DNA of 32,131 bases from Spirosomataceae bacterium (GCA_025455795.1 JALOLW010000033.1:1-32131); one strand, 5' to 3'; counted from the first letter of the stretch, positions 8,095 through 18,536 are shown. Numbers and translations: made by a program. The notes: generated by a model not told the origin, from the sequence alone.

Positions 8095-9258
8095 TTATCT
8101 CAACAACTCCCTCGCTATCACCAATTTCTGAATCTCCGACGTACCTTCATAGATTTGGGTGATTTTGGCGTCGCGCATGAGACGCTCTACGTGAAACTCC
8201 TTCACAAAACCATAGCCACCGTGAATCTGTACGGCCTCGGTGGTAGCCCACATGGCCACATCAGAGGCGAAGAGCTTGGCCATAGCGGCGGCTTCTACGT
8301 AGTCTTTGTGTTCGTCTTTGAGGCGGGCGGCTTTATAGACCATCAAGCGGGCGGCTTCGATTTTGGTAGCCATTTCGGCGAGTTTGAACTGAATGGCTTG
8401 GTGTTCAAAAATCGGTTTGCCAAACGCCTTGCGCTCTTGGGAATATTTGAGAGCCAACTCAAAAGCCCCCGCTGCGATGCCCAACGCCTGCGCCGCAATA
8501 CCGATACGACCGCCGTTGAGGGTACTCATCGCAAACTTAAACCCAAATCCGTCGGCACCGATGCGGTTTTCTTTGGGGACTTTCACGTCGCCAAACATCA
8601 GCGAGTGCGTATCGGAGGCGCGGATGCCCATTTTGTCTTCTTTTTTGCCTACCACAAATCCTTCCCAACCTTTCTCCACGATGAGGCAGTTGATGCCACG
8701 GTGTTTGAGTTCGGGGTGCGTCTGTGCCATCACGAGGCACACCGACGAGATATTGCCGTTGGTAATCCAGTTTTTGGTGCCGTTGAGCAGATAATAGTCG
8801 CCCATGTCTTGGGCGGTGGTATGCTGAGAGGTAGCATCGGAGCCTGCTTCGGGTTCTGACAAGCAAAACGCCCCGACAATTTCGCCAGAAGCCAAAGGTG
8901 CCAAGTATTTGCGTTTCTGTTCTTCGGTACCGAAGGCTTCGAGGCCGTAGCACACCAGCGAGTTATTGACCGATACAATCACCGAGGCCGAAGCGTCTAT
9001 TTTGGAGAGTTCTTCCATGGCCAATACGTACGAAATCGTGTCCATGCCGCCGCCGCCGTACTCGGGTGCTACCATCATGCCCAAAAAACCCAGCTCGCCC
9101 ATGCGACGGAGTAGTTTGGGGTCAAATTTTTGTTCGTTGTCGCGCTCAATAACGTTGGGCAGTAGTTCATTTTGAGCAAAATCACGCGCCGCTTCTTTGA
9201 CGGCCAAATGCTCCTCGGTCAAGTTGAAGTTGATTCCTTGCAAGAGTTCAGTTGTCAT
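8095..9258 (-). CDS. Acyl-CoA dehydrogenase (short/branched-chain type)
   Basis: FCLSEPEAGSDA, GTKNWITNG, KMGIRAS, GRIGIAAQ, QIHGGYG, IYEGTSEIQ. Confidence 0.96.
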   Translation of the reverse strand: MTTELLQGINFNLTEEHLAVKEAARDFAQNELLPNVIERDNEQKFDPKLLRRMGELGFLGMMVAPEYGGGGMDTISYVLAMEELSKIDASASVIVSVNNSLVCYGLEAFGTEEQKRKYLAPLASGEIVGAFCLSEPEAGSDATSQHTTAQDMGDYYLLNGTKNWITNGNISSVCLVMAQTHPELKHRGINCLIVEKGWEGFVVGKKEDKMGIRASDTHSLMFGDVKVPKENRIGADGFGFKFAMSTLNGGRIGIAAQALGIAAGAFELALKYSQERKAFGKPIFEHQAIQFKLAEMATKIEAARLMVYKAARLKDEHKDYVEAAAMAKLFASDVAMWATTEAVQIHGGYGFVKEFHVERLMRDAKITQIYEGTSEIQKLVIARELLR

Positions 9259-9399
9259 GGGGATGAAGTGTTTGAAATTTGCCCAAAATTAACGTTTTTG
9301 ACAACTGTATGCAAGCAGACCATTGTGGGTTTCTTGCTATTATCTAATTCTTCCCCTACTTTCGCTTTGTAATACGCCCACCTTAATAACAAAATAACC

Positions 9400-11973
9400 A
9401 TGCCAAATGCCTACCGTGAGGTTGTTGTGACCAAGTACAACATCTTCAACAGCCTTTTTTTAAGCCTGCCTTTCCACGACATCTATCGCACGGGTACGCT
9501 CCTGCCAATGCTCGTACAAGCCTCCGAAAAGGGCTTTGAAGCGGGAGAAAACCCCCAGCAAATCATCGAATCGTTTTTTGAAGAATACGCCGAACACGCC
9601 ACCGAAGCCGAGCGGCGTGATTTGCTTTTCAATTTCATCAAATTCATTGAGCGTCAGGTGGTTTTGTTTGATTCGGTAGAAGATGCTGGTTTTGACCAAA
9701 CCCACGACCTCGCTGGGCAGGGGTCGGTCAATCAGCTTCTCAATCGGATTGACAGCGACGAAGCCCGCCAAAAATTACTCCAAAAACTCGAAGACTTCTG
9801 TGTAAGAATTGTGCTTACGGCGCACCCTACGCAGTTTTACCACGGGCGTGTGCTGGGCATCATCACCGATTTGGAAGAGAGCATCAAGAAAAACGATTTT
9901 ACGGAAGTCAATAACCTGTTGTTGCAGTTGGGCAAGACGGCTTTTATCAACAAAGCCAAGCCTTCGCCTTTCGACGAGGCCGTTTCGCTGTGTTGGTTTT
10001 TGGAAAATGTGTTTTACGAAGCCATCCCTGCCATTGTTCAAAAACTGCTGACCGGCCTTCAAATCCCGCTGCAATCGTGGCCGCACCTCAACTTGTTTCG
10101 ATTGGGATTTTGGCCAGGCGGCGACCGCGACGGCAACCCTTTCGTCACGCCCGACGTGACCCTCAAAGTGGCCGATCGCCTGCGGCAGATTTTGCTCAAA
10201 TGCTACTGGCGCGATGTGAAGTACCTCAAACGCCGACTCACATTCAGCGGGGTAGAGGAGTATATATCAAATGCCGAGCGCAAAATCAACAACGCCATCT
10301 ACTACCCTGACCAAGAACACTACCAAAATGTAGATGACCTATTGGGCGATTTGACCAATGCCCGCGAAATTCTCCTGCGCGACCACGATGGCTTTTTTGT
10401 CGAACTCTTAGACGAAGTCGTTCTGAAAATCAAACTGTTTGGATTTTTCTTTGCCAGCTTGGATATTCGTCAAGTGAGTCCCAAACACGCACTGGCGTGG
10501 GAAGAGATTTTGACCAAAATCGAAAAACAAATCCCTGTTTTTACCTACGCCGACTACCAAACTTGGGACGAAAAGCGCAAGATTGAGTTTTTGCTGTCGC
10601 TGCGCGTGGACATGCACGAAACAGATTTTCAAGACCCCATCACCCGCGACATTTACGGGTCGCTGTTGGCTATTCGCGAAATCCAACTCCGCAACGGCGA
10701 AGCGGGCTGTCATCGCTATGTCATCAGCAACTGCGCCAGTGCGCTCAACGTGATAGAGGTGCTGGCTTTGGCCAAAAATATCTGGAAAACAGACGCGCTC
10801 AACATAGACATTGTGCCGCTGTTTGAGACCGTGGACGACCTCGCCAACGCCGCCGACGTGATGAAACTCCTCTACGAAAACCCGCACTACCGCCAGCACT
10901 TGGCCAAACGCAAAGACCAGCAAACCATCATGGTGGGCTTTTCTGACGGCACCAAAGACGGCGGCTACCTGCGCGCCAACTGGTCTATCTTTACGGCCAA
11001 AGAACAACTCACCCGCCTCTCACGCGAGTACGACGTAAAAGTGACGTTTTTTGACGGGCGCGGCGGCCCTCCGGGGCGCGGTGGCGGCAACAACCACGCC
11101 TTTTATGCCTCGCTTGGCCGCGAAATCGAAGACCAAGAGATTCAACTTACCGTGCAGGGACAGACCATCAGTTCCAACTACGGCACTGTCCCGACGGCCA
11201 TGTACAACCTCGAAAGGCTCTTTACCGCAGGTTTGGAAAACCATTTGTTTACGTCCAAAAACGACAAAGACCAGCTCTCGCAAGCCGATAAAAACCTGAT
11301 GGAAGAACTGGCAAAAGAAGCCTACAAAGCCTATTTACAACTCAAAAATCATCCGACTTTTGTGCCGTATTTAGAAAAAATGACCCCGCTGCGGTTTTAT
11401 GGACAGACCAATATCGGCAGCCGCCCCGACAAACGCGGTTCGGGCAGTGCGCTACGGTTTGAAGACCTGCGCGCCATTCCGTTTGTGGGATCGTGGGCGC
11501 AAATGAAGCAAAATGTGCCAGGGTTTTACGGTTTTGGTTCGGCACTCGAAGCCCTCAAAAAAGCCAATAAAATGGACGCGCTCCGCAAACTCTACAAAAA
11601 GTCGTTGTTTGTGCGCACGCTCGTCGAAAACTCCATGCAGTCGTTGATGAAGGCATACTATCCCGCCACCAAGTACCTACAAAAACACCCAGAGTTTGGG
11701 GCTATCTGGAACATGATGCACGAGGAGTACGAGCGGAGCAAAAAGATGATGTTGGAGTTTTCGGGCGAGGCCGAACTGCTCAACCAAAACCCCGTCACGA
11801 AGGAGTCTATCAAGGTACGTGAGCGCATCGTTTTGCCCCTGATGACAGTCCAGCAGTATGCCCTCCAAAAACTCCACACACCCGACCTGCCACAAGCCGA
11901 AATAGATTTTTACAGCAAGCTCGTCATGCGGGCGATGTTTGGCATCATCAACGCCGCTCGTAACTCGGCCTAA
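9400..11973 (+). CDS. ppc: Phosphoenolpyruvate carboxylase
   Basis: VLTAHPTQ, GGDRDGNP, VPLFET, MVGFSDGTKDGG, GRGGPPGRGGG, LRAIPF, C-terminal RNSA. Confidence 0.97.
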   Translation: MPNAYREVVVTKYNIFNSLFLSLPFHDIYRTGTLLPMLVQASEKGFEAGENPQQIIESFFEEYAEHATEAERRDLLFNFIKFIERQVVLFDSVEDAGFDQTHDLAGQGSVNQLLNRIDSDEARQKLLQKLEDFCVRIVLTAHPTQFYHGRVLGIITDLEESIKKNDFTEVNNLLLQLGKTAFINKAKPSPFDEAVSLCWFLENVFYEAIPAIVQKLLTGLQIPLQSWPHLNLFRLGFWPGGDRDGNPFVTPDVTLKVADRLRQILLKCYWRDVKYLKRRLTFSGVEEYISNAERKINNAIYYPDQEHYQNVDDLLGDLTNAREILLRDHDGFFVELLDEVVLKIKLFGFFFASLDIRQVSPKHALAWEEILTKIEKQIPVFTYADYQTWDEKRKIEFLLSLRVDMHETDFQDPITRDIYGSLLAIREIQLRNGEAGCHRYVISNCASALNVIEVLALAKNIWKTDALNIDIVPLFETVDDLANAADVMKLLYENPHYRQHLAKRKDQQTIMVGFSDGTKDGGYLRANWSIFTAKEQLTRLSREYDVKVTFFDGRGGPPGRGGGNNHAFYASLGREIEDQEIQLTVQGQTISSNYGTVPTAMYNLERLFTAGLENHLFTSKNDKDQLSQADKNLMEELAKEAYKAYLQLKNHPTFVPYLEKMTPLRFYGQTNIGSRPDKRGSGSALRFEDLRAIPFVGSWAQMKQNVPGFYGFGSALEALKKANKMDALRKLYKKSLFVRTLVENSMQSLMKAYYPATKYLQKHPEFGAIWNMMHEEYERSKKMMLEFSGEAELLNQNPVTKESIKVRERIVLPLMTVQQYALQKLHTPDLPQAEIDFYSKLVMRAMFGIINAARNSA

Positions 11974-12021
11974 CTGCCTTATTGAGCATATTAATTAGGC
12001 TATTTTTGGAGCTATTTTATG

Positions 12022-12055
12022 CCCCCTTTGGTGATAAAACAAAGGGGGTTTTTTT
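12022..12055 (+). terminator. Intrinsic terminator after ppc
   Basis: CCCCCTTTG-loop-CAAAGGGGG followed by a T7 tract. Confidence 0.85.
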
Positions 12056-12184
12056 ATAACCTGCTGATAATCTTTTAGGTTTTTTCTTGGAAGTTGTACA
12101 ATTTTATACTAAGTTTGTATGAGTCTGCGTTTGCAGCTATGGAAAAGTAGCCATCGTTTTAGGTGTTTAACAACGTGCGCTACC

Positions 12185-13240
12185 ATGTTTAACTTAATCA
12201 TAATCAGTTTGAAAGCAAAAAAAATCTTTCTCATTTCGACACTTGCCTTGTCCAGTTTTGGGGCCTTTGCAGGAGGCTTCAATGAGGCTACTTGTATTCG
12301 TTTTTGTGATGAACCACTGCCCATTTATGACCACAAAATCTTGAAAAATTTTGAATCGGCCATGCTTCATACGGGCAGTATGCCACTGCTTCGCATCAAG
12401 CCACAAGCGGAGCGGTTTTTTAAAGTAATAGATCCTATCTTAAAGCAGTATCAACTGCCTCTCGATTTGAAGTACCTCGTGGTGGTAGAAAGCTCACTCA
12501 ACGCCAAGGCGATTTCGCACAAAGGCGCGTATGGCTACTGGCAGTTTATGCCGCATACCGCCCAAGCGATGGGCTTGGAAGTAAGCAACCAAAAAGACGA
12601 GCGCGAAGACCTCATTAAGTCCACCCACGCGGCTTGCAAATATTTCTTGAGTTTGTACCGAGAGTTGGGTTCGTGGTCGTTGGTAGCAGCCGCTTACAAT
12701 GCAGGTCCTACCAAAGTTAAAAATTATCTAAAAGCCCACGGACAAACAAGCTACTATCACCTCCGCATCAGCCGCGAAAACCAAAAATATCTTTATCGGG
12801 TGCTGGCTGCCAAAGAACTGCTCACTCGTGCCAACCTTTACACGGCAGTTATCGCCGAAGAGGTCAGCATGATTCGTTTTATGGCCAAAAGTGGCTTGGC
12901 GTTGGGGCTTATTCCTGCGCCTATCATCAAACGAAAAGCAATGGGTATCAAAGATTTCATGTTCAAAAACCTCCAATCTACGTTTGATGAAGCCTTGATT
13001 ACGGGCTTTGATGAAATCGTGCCTGTGACCTTCAAACGAGGCCAATTGCTGAGTTTTGTGCCAAAAACCAAAGAAATAGACTCGGAAGTGACGCACAATT
13101 CCGAAGAAAGAAAACGACTCGCACTCTGGCGCAATACGCTACGGACTACGCACACCCGCCGCAATGATTTGAAAGCGTTGCTGGCACAGCTCCAATCAAC
13201 AAAAACCGCCAAACAGTTTTTCAAAATGTTGGTGGCTTAA
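12185..13240 (+). CDS. Lytic transglycosylase (SLT domain, MltD-like) with an unrecognised C-terminal region
   Basis: VVESSL, GAYGYWQFMPHTA, AAAYNAG; start moved from 12119 because TAAGTTTG lies at 12110-12117 (ATG 12185 or TTG 12209 more likely). Confidence 0.85.
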   Translation: MFNLIIISLKAKKIFLISTLALSSFGAFAGGFNEATCIRFCDEPLPIYDHKILKNFESAMLHTGSMPLLRIKPQAERFFKVIDPILKQYQLPLDLKYLVVVESSLNAKAISHKGAYGYWQFMPHTAQAMGLEVSNQKDEREDLIKSTHAACKYFLSLYRELGSWSLVAAAYNAGPTKVKNYLKAHGQTSYYHLRISRENQKYLYRVLAAKELLTRANLYTAVIAEEVSMIRFMAKSGLALGLIPAPIIKRKAMGIKDFMFKNLQSTFDEALITGFDEIVPVTFKRGQLLSFVPKTKEIDSEVTHNSEERKRLALWRNTLRTTHTRRNDLKALLAQLQSTKTAKQFFKMLVA

Positions 13241-13262
13241 ACACACATCAAGCGTGTTTTTT

Positions 13263-13302
13263 ACCAATGCCAGCCTTCGTCGAAGGTTGGCATTGGTGTT
13301 TT
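13263..13302 (+). terminator. Long hairpin, probable terminator
   Basis: ACCAATGCCAGCCTTCG t CGAAGGTTGGCATTGGT followed by GTTTTT. Confidence 0.65.
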
Positions 13303-13418
13303 TGGGGCAATCATGGCAAAATTTTACCCCGCCCAAATAGTAACTCTCCCCCAACAAATAGCTTTTATAGATAATTTTCAAGACGACTTCTAAACTTCTC
13401 CTAAATCCTTGACAGACA

Positions 13419-14714
13419 ATGCAATCAGACTCTCGCCGTCAGTTTCTCAAAACCGCCGCCCTCGGTACTGCCGCTTTGGGTTTCCCTACGATTATCCCTG
13501 CGCGGGTGTTTGGCGCCAACGACCGCTTGCGCGTGGCCGTTATCGGTATCAATAGTCGCGGCAAAGACCATATCTCGGGTTTTCAAAAACTCGAAAATGT
13601 GGAGGTAGCCGCCCTCTGCGACGTGGACAACGTAGTGCTGCAAGCAGGGGCGAGTGATTTTGAGAAAAAATACAACAAGAAAGTTAAGACTCAACAGGAT
13701 TTGCGACGCATCTATGAAGACAAAGACATAGATGCCGTAAGCATTGCCACACCCAATCACTGGCACGCTTTGGCGGCGATTTGGGCGTGTCAAGCGGGCA
13801 AAGATGTGTATGTCGAAAAACCTGCTTGTCACAATGTCTTTGAAGGCCGCAAGCTCGTTGAAGCCGCCACCAAGTACAACCGCATCGTGCAGCACGGCGT
13901 GCAGTTGCGGAGTTCGGTAGCCATTCAAGAAGCCATCAAGCACCTCCGCGAGGGACTGATTGGCAATGTCTATATGGCGAGGGCGTTGATTTATAAATGG
14001 CGACCCGACATTGGCAACCACGCCCCCTCGCCCGTACCAGCAGGACTGGATTGGGATATTTGGCAAGGCCCCGCGCAAGCGCGTGAGTTTTCCAAAAATT
14101 ACGTTCATTACAACTGGCACTGGTTTTGGGATTACGGCAACGGCGATATTGGCAACCAGGGCGTTCACGAAACCGACCTTGCGATGTGGGGACTTGACGT
14201 AGGTTTGCCCGAAGAAATCACCTCGGCGGGGGGTAAGTTTTTGTGGAATGACTGCAAAGAAACGCCCGAAACACTCACCTCCACCTATATTTATCCCAAG
14301 CAAAAGAAAGTCATCGAAGTGGAAGTGCGCCCGTGGATGACCAACAAAGAAGACGGGGTAGAAGTGGGTAACTTGTTTTACGGCGACAAAGGGTACATGG
14401 TCATCAACGGCTACAACGACTACAAGACTTTCTTGGGCCGCGAGCGTACGCCTGGCCCCGCCCGCCGCGAGGGTGGCGACCATTACAAAAACTTTGTGGA
14501 AGCCGTGCGAGCGCGTGACCGTAAAATCTTGAACGGGCCGATTGAAACGGGACATTTGTCGTCATCGTTGGCGCATCTCGGCAACATCTCCTACCGCTTA
14601 GGACGCAAGCTAAAATTTGACCCGACGACGGAGAAATTTGTGGACGATAAAGCCGCCAACGTCCTGCTTACCCGCAAATACCGCGCTCCGTTTATAGTGC
14701 CAGAGCGGGTGTAA
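13419..14714 (+). CDS. Tat-exported Gfo/Idh/MocA oxidoreductase
   Basis: SRRQFLK twin-arginine signal, IATPNHWH, YVEKP, NQGVHETD. Confidence 0.93.
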   Translation: MQSDSRRQFLKTAALGTAALGFPTIIPARVFGANDRLRVAVIGINSRGKDHISGFQKLENVEVAALCDVDNVVLQAGASDFEKKYNKKVKTQQDLRRIYEDKDIDAVSIATPNHWHALAAIWACQAGKDVYVEKPACHNVFEGRKLVEAATKYNRIVQHGVQLRSSVAIQEAIKHLREGLIGNVYMARALIYKWRPDIGNHAPSPVPAGLDWDIWQGPAQAREFSKNYVHYNWHWFWDYGNGDIGNQGVHETDLAMWGLDVGLPEEITSAGGKFLWNDCKETPETLTSTYIYPKQKKVIEVEVRPWMTNKEDGVEVGNLFYGDKGYMVINGYNDYKTFLGRERTPGPARREGGDHYKNFVEAVRARDRKILNGPIETGHLSSSLAHLGNISYRLGRKLKFDPTTEKFVDDKAANVLLTRKYRAPFIVPERV

Positions 14715-14838
14715 AGGGCAATGGTTGGTAAAACACACGCATCTTCGGGGAGTTTTTGACGCAATTCGACCTGGCCTAACTTTCAAATGTACTGTAGTGC
14801 TGGTATTGACACTGATTTCGTTTTGGGAAAGATTTTAC

Positions 14839-16050
14839 TCATTCATTGGCCAAGCTTCCCTCCTCTGAAAGTGTTATTTGATGCTTCATGATCACCATAT
14901 TTTGGTTTTCTTTTTTGCTTTCGTAGGCCAATAAAAGTCCTTGCTTCGTGGCCAAAAGCACGGGGTAAGTAGCATTTTCAAAGTCGGGCGTAAGGTAAGA
15001 AGTACTGAGAATTTTGCCTTTTTTGTCCAACACTCTTAGGCCAATTTTGGTAAAAAAACGCCCTTCTTTTTCCATTGATTCGTCCCAAACTACCACCAAA
15101 TTTTCCCGATAAGACAACAATTGTGGGTGCTTGGCCCGAATGGTCAAGTGGTGCGTAAACAGGCTATCCCCTCCCATTTGCGCTACCCGAACGCCCGACT
15201 GATGCTGCGCCGAAGTGCCACTGAACCAACTCACAAACAGGTCGTTACCCACTTGCGCCATGCTCGGCCCCGTATGCGGACAGGCGGCCACCTGCCAGCC
15301 GTCTGGATACACCGAGCGGGGGTTTGAAAAGGTTTTTCCACCGTTGGTTGAGACCGCGTGCGCCATGTCGCGGATGTTGTCGGCGGCGAGGTCGCGGTAG
15401 GTGACGTGCAGGTGATTTTTGTTGTCTATAAAAAGTACCGTGCGGCAACACTGACAGGCGTTGGAGTCCACCACTACCTCATTGGAGAAACCGCCCTGGG
15501 GCAGCGTTTGCACAAATTTCACGCTGCGACCTTCGTAGTCCCCCATCTTTTCGTCGAGCCACACGATACCCAACTCACCATTGGGCAGACGGGCTATGTC
15601 GCTGAATGAGTGGCCTTTGCCCGCTGTGGCGTCGCGGTGAACAAACGCGGGCTGGCTCCACGTGTTGCCATTGTCTTTGGAAAAACTGTACAGCAAATCG
15701 CCCGCACGGGGCGCTTCTTTGGTTGGGCGACGACGCTCAAAAGTGGCGACAATCGTGCCGTCGGCTTTGAAGGCTACTTTGGGCATTCCTTCGGCATGAA
15801 CCGAAAAATCAGTAGGCGCATTGACCTTCACTTTGGGGCCGAAGGTTTGCCCGTCGTCGGTCGAAACGGCGAAGAAAAAATAACTTTTGTCACCGTCTTT
15901 TTCGGCCCAACTCAACACAGGATTGCCACGGTGGTCGGTGCTGAGGCGCGGCGTAGTTCCCGTCAAATTGGGATTTGAAATGGGTTGGGCATTGTTTTGG
16001 GGCATAAAACCCCAAAACAATGCTGGCAAAAATACGAGGAGATGTTTCAT
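14839..16050 (-). CDS. Secreted BNR/Asp-box (sialidase-like) propeller protein with CQCC and CPH motifs
   Basis: Signal peptide; Asp-boxes STDDGQTF, SKDNGNTW, STNGGKTF; NACQCCRT, ACPHTGP; starts 13 nt after the receptor stop. Confidence 0.8.
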   Translation of the reverse strand: MKHLLVFLPALFWGFMPQNNAQPISNPNLTGTTPRLSTDHRGNPVLSWAEKDGDKSYFFFAVSTDDGQTFGPKVKVNAPTDFSVHAEGMPKVAFKADGTIVATFERRRPTKEAPRAGDLLYSFSKDNGNTWSQPAFVHRDATAGKGHSFSDIARLPNGELGIVWLDEKMGDYEGRSVKFVQTLPQGGFSNEVVVDSNACQCCRTVLFIDNKNHLHVTYRDLAADNIRDMAHAVSTNGGKTFSNPRSVYPDGWQVAACPHTGPSMAQVGNDLFVSWFSGTSAQHQSGVRVAQMGGDSLFTHHLTIRAKHPQLLSYRENLVVVWDESMEKEGRFFTKIGLRVLDKKGKILSTSYLTPDFENATYPVLLATKQGLLLAYESKKENQNMVIMKHQITLSEEGSLANE

Positions 16051-16063
16051 GTTATTTTCTGAA

Positions 16064-18424
16064 TTATTTTTTTCCTACAAAATTGTATTGAATACCCATC
16101 ACGAAAGTACGTGGTGATCCTGGCGTAAAAGTAGCGCGGTCGGTGGCGGCGTTGCCTCGGGTCACGTTGTTGGTGTACAGTTCGTCGGTGGCGTTGAGTA
16201 CATTCACAAATACTTCCACCCCTTTCCACTCGTAGCCCGTTCGTATGTTGAGCAGGCTCATGCCTTGCAGGCCAAACGCCGTGCGGTCGTCGTAGCGCGA
16301 CGTATTGACTTGGTTGGTAAACCAGGGCGACAAGTACTGCCACTCGACAGCAACCCGAAAACCTTTGAACCAGCGGGGTTTGTAAAAAATCTCGGTGTTG
16401 GAGCGGAAACGCGGGGCCGAGGGCATATCAAATCCATTTACGTTTTTGACCACGTCGGCGGTGCGTTCTGACAGCACAAATTCCACAAATCGGTGAATAG
16501 AGTGCGCCCCACCTGCCCGCACGAGCCATTCTTTGTTGGGTTTATAGGTCAGCCCAAATTCTACACCACGGTGAAGTGTTCGGCCCGCGCTGCGGCTGTC
16601 GGTCGAGTTGTCGGGAAGGCGCACACTCAGGAGTTCGTCGTAGCCATTCATCTGATAAACCGCCGCGTCCACGTACAGTTTGTTGTTGAGCAACGACGCC
16701 CAACCACCCATCTCTACGTTGTCGAAACGAGCGGGTTGAAGGTTGTAAAAAAACAAGTCGCCGTTGGGGGCGGGCGTAGTGCGGCGACGAAAAACAGCCG
16801 TGACACTCGGCGGGGCAAATCCCTGTGAGTAGTTGGCATACAGCCCTTTGCCTTGCCCCAAATCGTAGGTAAGGCCAATTTTTGGGGTCAATTGTTGGTA
16901 GGCTCTTACACCCGAAGTATTGTCCAAAAAATTGGTATAATCAAAACTCATGCGGTCGAAACGCCCGCCCAATGTGAGCAACAACTGCGGCAAGGGGCGC
17001 ACATCCAACTGGGCGTAGTAGCCCGTGCTGAGGACGTTGGCCTCGTAGTTGCCTACTTTCAAATCGGGGCGTTCACGGACAAACTCGTAGCGTTCTACCG
17101 AGCGGCGGTCGGCCCTCAAAATGGGGTTGAGTTCGGTTTGATAGGCCAAATAATTCACGGGCGAATAGTCGGCAGTAGCTCCTACGAGTAGTTTTGAATT
17201 GAGAAAATCAAACTTTTGGCTGTGCTGGGCAATCAGGCCGTAACTACTGAAAATCGTGTTGTTGATTTCGCCTGCGGCGGTGGTAGCACCCGTGCGCCAG
17301 GTGATGCGAAACGTAGGCTGCATGGGGTAGTCGTTGTAGCGATAAAAACCCGTGACGGTGGTTTCGGAGCGGTCGTTCCAGCGGTGTTCGAGCGTGAGGC
17401 GGCTGCGAAGGGCCTTCACACGGCGGTAGGTAAAATCGGCCACGCTGCGGTACGTGCGGCTGTAATAGGCGATACTGTCCAGACTGCCCCCCATCTGTGA
17501 GTCGTAGTTGTTGTAGCTCCACGTATTGATGAGTTGGGTTTTATCGCTGATTTTGTATTCCAAACGGGCATTGAGGGCCGTTTTGTCAAAGTCCGTGGTC
17601 GTGAGCCAGGAGTTGCGCTGACGCGCCACAAATCCTCCCGCATACACACCGAAGTGTTTGGTGAGCATCCCGCCCGCGCTGTACTGCACCCGTTGGTAGC
17701 CAAACTGATCGGCTTGGAGACCAATTTTTGCGGTAGGTACTGCCGTAGGCCGATGCGTGATAAAATTGATAGCGCCACCTACTGCCTCTGGCCCATACAA
17801 CGACGACGCGGGGCCTTTGACCACCTCCACATTGCTAATGGCGAAGATGTTCTGTTCGATGAGGGCGTTGTGGTTAAAAAGTCCCATCGGACGAATCGGC
17901 ACGCCGTCTTCCATGTACAAAAAGTACGAATTGAGGGTCAGCGGCTGCCGAATACTCATGCCGTGTTGTTCGTTGTTGAGATTGAGCATCACCACGCCCG
18001 GGGCTTTGTTGATAAGCTCGTAAATATTGACGGGTTTGGTATCGTTGAGCAACTGGTTCGACAGTTTGGCGATGGCCACGGGGGCTTCGGTGCGTTTTTG
18101 GGCTTCGCGGCTGGCCGTTACGACCACCTGCTGCAACTCCGAAACCGAGGGTTCGAGAGCCACTTGGAGAGCGGTTTGAGCGGGAATTTCAACAGTTTGG
18201 TAGCCTATGGCCGATATGACGATGGTTGCTGTGGTGGAGGGTATCGAAAAAGCCCCCATGGCATCGGTGACAGTGCCGACGTTGCCATTTTTGATTTTGA
18301 CGGTGACGCCTACAATCGGCTCTTTGCTGTGAGCATCGAAGATTTTGCCTTTGATTTGTTGGGCAAAAAGTGGACTGCTGCCCATTACAAGGCACAATAA
18401 GCCCAATATGAAGTTGGATTTCAT
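16064..18424 (-). CDS. TonB-dependent receptor
   Basis: Signal peptide, N-terminal carboxypeptidase-regulatory-like domain, VVVTASR, VEVVKGPASSLYG..AVGGAINF plug, C-terminal GSPRTFVMGIQYNF. Confidence 0.95.
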   Translation of the reverse strand: MKSNFILGLLCLVMGSSPLFAQQIKGKIFDAHSKEPIVGVTVKIKNGNVGTVTDAMGAFSIPSTTATIVISAIGYQTVEIPAQTALQVALEPSVSELQQVVVTASREAQKRTEAPVAIAKLSNQLLNDTKPVNIYELINKAPGVVMLNLNNEQHGMSIRQPLTLNSYFLYMEDGVPIRPMGLFNHNALIEQNIFAISNVEVVKGPASSLYGPEAVGGAINFITHRPTAVPTAKIGLQADQFGYQRVQYSAGGMLTKHFGVYAGGFVARQRNSWLTTTDFDKTALNARLEYKISDKTQLINTWSYNNYDSQMGGSLDSIAYYSRTYRSVADFTYRRVKALRSRLTLEHRWNDRSETTVTGFYRYNDYPMQPTFRITWRTGATTAAGEINNTIFSSYGLIAQHSQKFDFLNSKLLVGATADYSPVNYLAYQTELNPILRADRRSVERYEFVRERPDLKVGNYEANVLSTGYYAQLDVRPLPQLLLTLGGRFDRMSFDYTNFLDNTSGVRAYQQLTPKIGLTYDLGQGKGLYANYSQGFAPPSVTAVFRRRTTPAPNGDLFFYNLQPARFDNVEMGGWASLLNNKLYVDAAVYQMNGYDELLSVRLPDNSTDSRSAGRTLHRGVEFGLTYKPNKEWLVRAGGAHSIHRFVEFVLSERTADVVKNVNGFDMPSAPRFRSNTEIFYKPRWFKGFRVAVEWQYLSPWFTNQVNTSRYDDRTAFGLQGMSLLNIRTGYEWKGVEVFVNVLNATDELYTNNVTRGNAATDRATFTPGSPRTFVMGIQYNFVGKK

Positions 18425-18430
18425 GCGAAT

Positions 18431-18452
18431 AGCCCCCTGCCCCGACGGGGAG
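18431..18452. repeat. Half copy of the GC hairpin repeat just upstream of the receptor ATG
   Basis: AGCCCCCTGCCCCGACGGGGAG resembles the clpB-internal arm GCCCCCCCCGCCCCCGAAGGGGGTG. Confidence 0.5.
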
Positions 18453-18536
18453 TTTTTTGGTGATACGAGGCGTTTGTTTTTGATTGAAAATAAGGCTGTT
18501 GAGTGACAAACAGCGAATCTTGCAGAACACAGATTG

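Noticed and set aside
13425-14555. Long antisense ORFs (also 29133-30125, 17534-18400, 24331-25128, 6380-7132)
   Set aside because: Shadow frames opposite well-supported genes, with no recognisable motifs
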